This document shows, one piece after another, positions 54,504 to 64,000 of a stretch of 64,000 nucleotides of DNA. Origin of the DNA: Eledone cirrhosa (taxonomy: Eukaryota). How positions within the stretch are numbered: position 1 is the first letter of the stretch; the number at the start of each line of letters is the position of its first letter. A program made the translations under genes and the position numbers. The notes under the pieces were generated by a model. It made no database searches. It worked only from the letters and a program-made list of their open reading frames with translations, and was not told the DNA's origin. The DNA is taken from assembly GCA_964016885.1 (NCBI GenBank), contig OZ024742.1, positions 145,328,001 through 145,392,000 of the forward strand, given 5' to 3'.

Positions 54504-57500
54504 TTCTTTATTTGCCACAAGGGCGCACAAGAAAAGGGGACAATACAAAGACATGCCGGGGATTTTACATACAGTCGTGTAAAAAATATAAAAACAAATA
54601 ATTACAACAATCGAAATCCCCAATAGGGAGGAAGCGCCACAAATGGGTTGTTTAATACCGCGTCGAACAACCCTCAACTCCAGGAGAGTATTGTGCAAGT
54701 GGTCCTTTCTTCCTTTTTCTCTCTTCTTCAACCTACAGGCTTATAAACAGAGAAGGCCCAATCACTCGGGCCATTTTCGTTTCATTCACCCACCTTTCAG
54801 CAAATTTACTGAAGTGCAGTGCCTCTCTCTCCACTCTGATTCTCCTTCTAAAGTGATACTTAAAGAAGGGAATCAATTGTTGTCCGGAGAGAAGGGCATC
54901 TGTCCTCAGTCCACCATATAACTTCTTTCACCATAGCCACCGTACAGAGGAAAACCGCCTCTCTTTCGTTTTTGAAAGAGTCTGGCGGTTTGATCCTTAC
55001 TATGGACTCGGCAGTCAACTGGATTTGTCCCATACGCAACAGCAGTTGTTCTGCATAGTTCCACAGGTCGCTTACGCCCGGGCAGTGTACAATTGCGTGT
55101 AGGACTGTTTCAATGTCCTGCGCGCATCTTGGACACGTCCTCTTGGAAGGATCCCTGCCGGGGCGTCCGTGCCTGTAGATCTTGTCACGAACCGGTAGAG
55201 CTCTTCGGTAGCACTGCTAGGCCAGGGACCTCTGGAAGTTGTCTATAGGTCCCGGGCGGAAAGTCCTACCAAACAGACTGGTGAGCTCATCGTCGTCAAC
55301 GCCTAGAGTCTCTCCGAGCACGTCGTCGCCCTTGTAACGTACAATCCTTCTATAGAATGTCGAAGTGGAGTCTCCACTGATTGCTGTGCCCGCTTGCCAG
55401 AGGACTGTGAGCGCCTGAGCGCATTCAATGTGCCAGGCGCCCATCGTTTTCGGTCTTTTCTTGACCCAGGACTGCAGCTCCGTCAGCGAGACGAGCTGTG
55501 GGAAAGCCTGTCTCACAAACGGTGCCCACACCGGTTGGGGGTCGGTGAGGAATACCTGGAGATGCCGCAGCCTCAGCGCATGTTTGTGCATCATCAGCCA
55601 CGGCATTCCCAGCCCTCCGTTGGAATGGTGCTGACAGCAGACGGATATCCTCACCAGCAGAGCCTGTTTCTTCCACAGAAACTGGAAGAGCATGCGTTCC
55701 ATCTTGGCGAGGTGCTCACGGGGCAAGGCACGACAGTCAAGCGGTAGTAGATGACGGACGCTATGTAAGTGTTCGCCACCTCCGCTCGACCTTTCAAGGA
55801 CAGTTTGCACTCTGCCTACTTCTGGGTGAGTGCAAACACCTTGGCCGTGACTTCGTTCCAGTTTTTCTCTACCTGGAGGTCTGGACCGAAACAAACCCCG
55901 AGCAATTTCCCCGGTCCGTCCGTCCAGCGTCCAACGACGCTGTCGGACGTCATCGGTTTGCCTCTCCACGTACCGAGTTGCAAACCGACAGATTTTAGTT
56001 TAGACAGGGTTTAGTTTTGCTCCCGTCAGCGTTTCGTATTCTTTCAGTAAGTTGCCGATCACCCCGATTTCCGAGGTGCTCGACACCATTACCGTAAAGT
56101 CGTCGGCATAAGCCGACGCCGCTTTGCGCTGTCCCGATTCTAGAGGGATGCCCTGCAACAGCTCCAATTTCCGCAGTAGTGGCTCTAGAGTCAATACATA
56201 CAGAATGGAGGAGAGAGGCCACCACTGTCGAATGGAACGCATGATTGCAAACGGCTCGGATAAGTAGCCGTTCACCTTTACCGTCGAGCAGATGCTGGTG
56301 TGCATCGCCTCGATCCAGCCTCTGAAAACGGGACCGAAACCGGCCGCCTTGAGAACCGCTTCCAAGTATCGATGGTCGACCCTATCGAATGCCTTAGACT
56401 GATCTAAATTGATCAGAGCCCCACCGAAGCCGGGTTTACTAGCCACCCTCTCTATGATGTATCTCATGAGGTGGAGGTTGTCGTGTATGGTCCTGGTCGG
56501 GATTGCACACGTTTGCGCTTTCCCTACCAGGTTCTCGACGACAAGCGCCAACCTCGTCGCTAGCACCTTGGCCAAAATCTTTAACTCTGTGTTGAGCAGA
56601 GTTATGGGCCTGAAGTTGTTAATTTCGTCCTCCTTGTTCTCGTCTTTCCTGATCAGGGTTACTACGCCCTTGCCTGCAAAACTGGGAATTCTCCCGTTCT
56701 GCTGCCAATTGCAGTAGACGGCTTCGAGGACGCCAGAGAACAAGTCCGGCATGCCTATGTAAAACTCATAGGGTAGACCATCTAGACCGGGTGACTTGCG
56801 TTTCCCGCAGCGGCCCAGAGTGTCCCGTATCTCAGTGTCCGTGATCGGTCTTTCGCAGAACTCGGCGTCCGTGTTCGAGAGACGCGGCAGGCCGTCGAGG
56901 TATGAACTAAAGTCCATTGCCCCGTTCGGCTCACCGTCGTTCTGTTCAAACAGTCGCACAAAGTGCTGCTGAAAGGCCGCGCACATTTGCTTGGGGTCAA
57001 GTAGCACGCGTCCGTTTTGGTCTTTCAAAGACCGAATCGTGGACTTGTTGCCACTTTTCGCCTCCGCCACTCGGGCCCAGCTGACAGCTTTCATTCCTTC
57101 GTTTCCTAGAGCACGTGTTTTGCTTCTGACCACGCAGCCTTCGTGTTTCGCATCGAAGAACTGGTCCAGTGCCGTTCTCGACGCTAACACTCTAGCCGCG
57201 TTGTCACTTCTAAGTGCCTCCTCTACCTTGGCTACTAGTACTTTGTTTTTCTCTAAGGCTAACTCTCTGCTAAACCCTATCGATTCTATTCTAATTGCTT
57301 TCTTGAGAGAGTACCACCATTTATTGTTGACGATGGCTCCCGTTAACAGTTGCTTGACTAGTCTACTTATACGTTCAGCTTCCAGTATCCGGGTCCTTGT
57401 CTATGTATTCTATCACGGTTGACTAAGCAGACGACTAATTTGTGCATTCGTGGACAGCTTAACATCGCCTTGTCCCTTTCTCTAATGAAGAACCTATCTA

Positions 57501-58215
57501 AATACGATCAGATGTCCCGCTGCGGTTTGCCCACGTCCACTGTGGTGCAGTCGGGAAATCCAGTCGATACCTATTGGCCAGTTGGAATTGGCCAATTAAA
57601 GTTTTGAGGCTGTTGCACCCCTCCCCCTCTACTGGGACATGCTCCGACATAGTCCCATCGTGCATCTAGGATACCATTCCAGTCCCCCACTAAAAGTAAG
57701 GAGCGAGACGTTCCCAGAAAAAACTCTAGACGCTTAAAGAAGTCTGACCGTGATTGCGATTGCCCGGTCAGGGCATAAACGGCCACCAGTCTGAAGGCTC
57801 CCCCTCCAATACTGTTCACGTCTAGGACTACCAGTCTACCCTCCGGGTCCAAGTGTACTTGCTGTACTTCGACGTCCAGGTTCTTCCGAAACATGACAGC
57901 CACTCCCCCTCCACCCCCTGGCTGACAGAGAGATGCGTAGATCTCAAAGTCGTCGAAGATGGGGGTTAGTTGCTGCCTGTTGTGGATCCTGGACTCGGTG
58001 ATGGCTATCACATCCATACCGTGTGACCTAAGGTCGTTTAAAAGTTGGCCCTGTTTCCAGGGCATCCCTAGGCCACGCACATTCACGCTTCCAACTCGTA
58101 AACTAGCCATGTTGGTGAATAAGAGTTGGAGAAAAAGGACGAAAAGCACACTTACCTTTTCGTTTCCTGGAGATCGGGTTGTTCAATCTCCATTTAGGTG
58201 CTGGGTGGGGTGTTG
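54504..58215 (-). mobile_element. Tx1/L1-clade LINE, copy A (ORF1 C-terminus plus disrupted ORF2: APE, RT, CCHC)
   Basis: ORF2 ATG at 58110 (MASLRVGSVNVRGL...LLVGDWN); KSPGLDGLPYEFY, NFRPITLLN, LDQSKAFDRVDH, AYADD; CPRC...ETVLHAIVHC. Stops and frameshifts are present. Confidence 0.9.
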
Positions 58216-59542
58216 GATGGGGTGGGGAAACACGTTTTGTAGGTGTTCCTGTCTTCCCTCTGTTTATCTTCCTCAACCTACAGGTTTATATACAGAGAAG
58301 GCCCATTCACTTGGGCCATTTTTGCCACATTCACCCACCTTTCAGCAAATTTACTGGGGTGTAGCACCTCTCTCTCCACTCTCACCTTCTTTCTGAAGTG
58401 ATACTTAAAGAAGGGGATAAGTTGTTGTCCGGAGAGAAAGGTGTTTGCCCTCAGTCCTTTTAACCTCGTCCACCATATTACCTCTTTCGCCATAGCCACC
58501 AGACAGAGGAAAACCGCCTCTCCTTCGTTCTTAAATGAAGGCCGCGGAGTGATCCTCACGATGAACTCGGCTGACAACTGGATGCGTCCCACACGTGACA
58601 GCAGCTGTTCGACATAATTCCACAGGTCGGTCACCTCTTTCGTTTTTGAAAGAGTCTGGCGGTTTGATCCTTACTATGGACTCGGCAGTCAACTGGATTT
58701 GTCCCATACGCAACAGCAGTTGTTCTGCATAGTTCCACAGGTCGGGCAGTGTACAATTGCGTGCAGAACGGTTTCGATATCCTGCTCGCATCTTGGACAG
58801 GTCCTTTTGGCAGGATCTCTGCCAGGGTGTCCGTGACTGTAGATTTTGTCTCGAACTGGTAGAGCTTCTCGGTAGCACTGCCAGGCCAGAGACCTCTGAA
58901 AGTTATCCATAGGCCCTGGACGGAAAGTCCTCCCGAACAGACTGGTCGAAGTGGAGTCTCCGTTGATTGCCGTTTCCGCTTGGTAGAGGGCTGTGAGCGC
59001 CTGTAGGCACTCGAGGTACCAGGCACCCATTTTCGGTCTTCACTTGACCCAGGACTGCAGCTCTGTTAGTGAGACGAGTTGTGGAAGAGCTTGTCTCACA
59101 AACGACAGCCACACCGGTTCACCGGTCAGGAATACCTGGAGATGGCGTAGCCTCAGCGCATGTTTGCGCATCTTCATGCCCAGCCCTCGGCATGCCCAGC
59201 ATGCCCAGCCCTCCGTTAGAAGGGTGTTGACAGCAGATGGATCTCCTCACCAATGGAGCCTGTTTCTTCCAGAGGAACTTGAAGAGTAGGCGTTCCATTT
59301 TGGTAAGGTATTCGCAGGGGCAAGGCACAACTGTCAAGCGGTAGTAGATGACGGACGCTATGTAAGTGTTCGCCACCTCCGCTCGACCTTTCAAGGAGAG
59401 TTTGCACTCAGCCCACTTCTGGGTGAGTGCAAACACCTTCGCGGTGACCTCGTTCCAGTTCTTGTCCACCTGGAGGTCTGGACCGAACCAGACTCCGAAC
59501 AATTTCCCCGGTCCTTCTGTCCAGCGTCCAACGACACTGTCG

Positions 59543-59543
<1 letters not shown>
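58216..59543 (-). mobile_element. Tx1-like LINE, 5'-truncated and rearranged ORF2 C-terminal fragments (copy B)
   Basis: ORFs 58278-58634, 58689-59030 and 59119-59543 are homologous to copy A's C-terminal third; internal duplication junction at about 58634. Confidence 0.85.
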
Positions 59544-59618
<75 letters not shown>

Positions 59619-59619
<1 letters not shown>

Positions 59620-62600
59620 CTTTCTTTTTATTTGCCACCAGGGCGTCAAATAGTGGGACAAGTACAATGGGGGGGGGGGTACATAAAAAGGCGTCCTCAA
59701 TAAGGAGGAGGCAATAACAAGATATAAAAAATAAAATATAAAATATAACAAAAATAAATTTAATAACAAAATCCTCAGTAGGGAGGATGCGCCTTGGGGG
59801 GTCGCACACACCCCCGAAAAAAGTGTGCAACCCTTCTCCTCAGGAGCACAGAGAGGGGGTGCTCCCTTGATCTTTCATCTTCCTCACCTATAGTCTGATG
59901 TAGAGTGAAGGCCCATTCACACGGGCCATTCTCGCCACTTTCACCCATCTTTCATAAAAACGGCTGGGGTGCAGCACCTCTCTCTCCATCCTGATCCTTC
60001 TTCCGAAATGATATCGGAAGAAACGGACCAGTTGTTGGCCAGAGAGAAAGGTGTCTGACCTCAGTCCTTTCAGACGCGTCCACCATACAACCTCTTTCGC
60101 CATGGCTATTACGCACAGAAACACCGCCTCTTCTTCGTTTTTGAAGAGGGGAGGCGGCTTGATCGTTACAATAGACTCGGTGGTCAACCGGATCGGTCCC
60201 ACCCTTGACAGCAGTTGTTCGACATAGCCCCACAGATCGGTAATGCCCGAGCAGTGTACCAATGCGTGTGCAACGGTTTCCTCGTCGCACACGCATCTGG
60301 GACAGATCTTTTTCGAGGGGTCCCTACCCGGGCGCCCGTGTCTGTAGAGCCTTTCTCGAACGGGCAGAGCCTCTCGGTAGCACTGCCAGGCCAGGGACCT
60401 CTGGAAGTTGTCCATAGGTCCCGGGCTGAATGTCCTACCGAACAGGTTGGCCAGTTCGTCTTCCTCCATGCCTAGGGCTTCTCCGGGGGCGTCGTCGCAC
60501 CTGCTAACCACCAGCCCTCTATAGAATGACGAGGTGGATTCTCCACTGACAGCCAGGTCCGCCTGCCAGAGAGCCGTGAGCGCCTGGGCACACTCGGTGT
60601 GCCAGGCGCCCAGTTTTCTCGGTCTTTTCTTGACCCAGGATTGCAGCTCGGTGAGCGAAACGAGTCTGGGAAAGGCTCACCTCACAAACGGGGCCCACAC
60701 CGGTTGACCGGTGAGGAATACCTGGAGGTGCCGTAGCCTTAATGCGTGTTTACGTATCATTAGCCACGGCATCCCCAGCCCTCCTTTCGAAGGGTGTTGA
60801 CAGCAGATGGATCTCCTCACCATAGGAGCTCGCTTCTTCCAAAGGAATTGGAAGAGTGCGCGCTCCATTTTGGCGAGCGTTTCCCTTGGGCAAGGCACTA
60901 CAGTCATGCGGTAGTAGATGACGGACGCTATATAAGTGTTCGCCACCTCCGCCCGACCTTTCAGGGACAGTTTGCACTCGGCCCACTTCTGGGTCAGTGC
61001 AAACACTCTGTTCGTTACCTCACCCCAGTTCTTCTCCACCTGGAGGTCTGGTCCGAACCAGACCCCGAGCAACTTCACCCGTCCAGCGCCCGACGACGCC
61101 ATCGGAGGGCATCGTTCTGCCCCTCCACGTGCCGAGTTGCAGACCGATCGACTTGTCCCGGTTCAGCTTAGTCCCTTTAAACCTTTCGTACTCCTCCAGT
61201 AATGTGCCGATCGCCCCGATTTCCGAGGCCGTCGACACCATTACTGTTACGTCATCGGCGTAGGCCGACACCGCTTTCTGCAATCCCGGTTCCAACGGGA
61301 TGCCCTGCAACAACTCCAACTTCCGCAGCAGTAGCTCTAGAGTCATTACATACAGAAGGGAGGAGAGAGGGCACCCTTGTCGGATGGACCACGTGATTTC
61401 GAACAGCCCCGAGAGGTAGCCGTTCACCTTGACCCTAGAGCAGATGCGGCTGCTGTGCATGGCAGTGATCCAGCCCCTGAAAACGGGTCCGAAGCCTGCC
61501 GCCGCTAGCACCGCCTCCAGGTAACCATGGTCGACCCTATCGAACGCCTTAGATTGATCCAAGTTGATCAGGGCCCCACCAAAGCCGGGTTCGTTCCCAA
61601 CCCTCTCTATGATGTATCGCATGAGGTGGAGGTTATCGTGGATGGACCTGGACGGGATAGCACATGTCTGCGCATCTCCCACCAGGTTGCCCACGACAAG
61701 CGCCAACCTCTTTACTAGCACCTTGACCAAAATCTGTAACTCTGTATTTAGCGAGGTTATGGGCCTGAAATTATTTATATCGTCCCCCTTGTTCTCGTCC
61801 TTCCTCACTAGCGTGACTACGCCCTTGGTCACAGCACAGGGAATTCTCCCGTTCTGTTTCCAGTTGCAGTAGACCGCCTCGAGGAGATCGGGGAACAAGT
61901 CCGGCATAGCTAGATATAGTTCGTATGGAAGACCATCGAGACCCGGGGATTTGCGTTTGCCGCATTGGCTCAGCACGTCCTCTATCTCAGCGGCTGAAAT
62001 CGGCTCCTCGGAGGACTTCGCCTCCCTGTCCGAGAGACGCGGCAGGCCGTGGAGGTATGGACAGAAGTCCACTTCCCCAACCGGTTCCCCGCCCATTCCG
62101 AACAATCTGGCAAAGTGCTTTTGAAAAGCCTCGCACATCTGCTTAGGTTCAAGGATCACCCGTCCATCTTGGTCTCGCAAAGACCGGATAGTGGATCTAC
62201 TCCCTCTTTTGGCTTCTGTCACGCGGGCCCAGCTAACAGCTTTGGTCCCCTCGTTTTCCAGGGCACGTATTTTGCTTCGGACGATGCAGCCTTCGTGTTT
62301 CGCGACGAAGAACTGGCCCAGGGCCGTTCTCGACGCTAGCACTCTGGCCACGTCGCCGCTTCTAATTGCCTCTTCTACATTATCTACCAACTCCCTTTCC
62401 TTCCTATTTCTATTTGAGGCTACTAAATTCTATAGAGACTACTCTAATCTCTCTTTTGAGAGATCCCCACAACCTGCTGTTGACGAAGGCACCCGTCAAC
62501 CGCTCCTTAACTAAAGTGTTAATCCGGTCCCTGTAAGCCTTACTTGCCGGTAAGGACAAGTTGAGCTTCCAGTAACCGGGTCCCTGTCTATGCGTTCTGT

Positions 62601-64000
62601 CAAGGTTGACTATGCAGGTCACTAACTTGTGGTCTGAATAGCCAACCATGAGCATTTTTGGACAACTTAAAAAGTCCTTATCCTTATTTCTAACTAAGAA
62701 CCTATTTAGGTACGACCTAGATGATCCGCTGAGGTTTGCCCAAGTCCAGGTTGGCGCAGTCGGAAAATCTAGTCGATATCTATCGGCCAGGTCAAATCGA
62801 CCGATTAACCCTTTGAGGCTGTTACACCCCTCTCTATCGGGACAGGCCCCTACGTAGTCCCAACGTGCATCTATGATACCATTCCAGTCCCCACTAATAG
62901 CAAGGAGCGGGACGTCCCTAGAAAAGTCTCCAGACGATGGAAGAAGTCCGGCCGCGTTGACTCAAAATGGCCGTAGACGGCTACCAGCCTAAACGCTCCG
63001 CCTTCACCACTGTCAAGGTCCAGAACCACTAGTCGACCTTCCGGGTCCAAATGTACCGTCTGTGTTGCGAGACCCAGATGTTTTTGCAGCAGAACGACAA
63101 CCCCACCCCCACATCCGGGCTGACAGAGAGATGCATGCATCTCAAAGTCATCAAAGGTGGGGGCCAGCTGTCGCACGTTGCTGATCCGGGCCTCGCAAAT
63201 AACCATCACATCTATACGTTGTGACCTGAGGTCATTTAGAAGCATTGCTTGCTTCCAAGTTGAGCCCAGGCCACGCGCATTTAGACAGCTTACTCTTAGC
63301 ATAGCCATGTTGGTGGTGAAGAGAAAAAGCACTTACCTCTCTGCGTCCCGGGTATCGGGCTGCACAATTTCCATGAGGGTGGGGGATGGGTTGTTGGGTG
63401 GGGTAGTGGTTTGTGGAAGTGTAGGGGCATCAGTGTGTTGTGTGGTTGGGGTGTTTGGAGTTGTGTGGGTGTTTGAGGAGGGGGTGGGTAAGTTTTTTAG
63501 GAGGACGCGGTTAATGGGCCCGACGCAGGGGGGGGGGGGGGGCACGTCCTCTTTAAAGTTGTTTTTTTTTAGTGTTTTATATGTGTCCTCTGGGGCCTTA
63601 ATTATTTTGAGGTGGGAGAAATCCCCTGCCTGGGTGCAGTTAGGCCCTTGGGTTTTTACTAAATTGTTGTTGTATACAATGTTTAGCAGTTTTTTATTTC
63701 TTGTGTTTATGTATGCGTATGCATGTTTTTGTTTTTGTGTGGTGTTTTTGTTTGCTGTTGTTGTGTGCTCTTTTGTGTTGGTGTCTGTGTTATGTTTTGG
63801 GGAGGGGTTGTTTTCATTTGTGTGTCTGAGGTGTTTTCTTTTTTTTCTTTTGATTGTGTGGAAGTGCTCCTCCTCGTCTGACGTCGAACGAGGGTCATCT
63901 TCCGCGTTGGAGGGGAGGGGTAGATTTTCGGGTTGTGTTTGCGGTGCGGGTGTTTTGGAAATTGTTTTTTTTTTTAGGGGGGGGGGGCAGTGTTTTGTTT
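59619..64000 (-). mobile_element. Tx1-like LINE, copy C (Pro/Thr-rich ORF1 end plus disrupted ORF2); runs off the window
   Basis: ORF2 ATG at 63308 (MAMLRVSCLNARGL); SDHKLV, GPGYWKLN, RQGCPLS, AYADD, CPRC...ETVAHALVHC; 3' end GTGGCAAATAAAAAGAAAG then (TATC)n. Confidence 0.9.

Overview
AT-rich eukaryotic genomic DNA. The repeat content (abundant tRNA-derived SINEs, huge (TA)n tracts) looks like a coleoid cephalopod such as Octopus; this is inference. The window holds the last six coding exons of myosin VIIa (+, 1453-10019) and, converging on it, eleven exons of a divergent serine palmitoyltransferase subunit 1 gene (SPTLC1-like, -, 54329-21893; 5' exons not found in the window). One SPTLC1 exon carries a +1 frameshift. 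An intact, intronless, divergent actin (-, 24745-25875) is nested in an SPTLC1 intron. The rest is decayed transposons: RTE, CRE-like, CR1, a Tx1-like cluster next to (GATA)n, an LTR remnant, a Tigger-like MITE and SINEs. The most striking unexplained structure lies at about 28.5-47.8 kb. Many unrelated short units are inserted into (TA)n microsatellites, often as outward-facing foldback palindromes, and they carry type-I hammerhead ribozyme folds. These include minimal forms with palindromic loop III and U3-A8 compensatory core variants. One sits downstream of a Penelope-like GIY-YIG endonuclease fragment. All folds and alignments were made by eye and need computational and biochemical confirmation.
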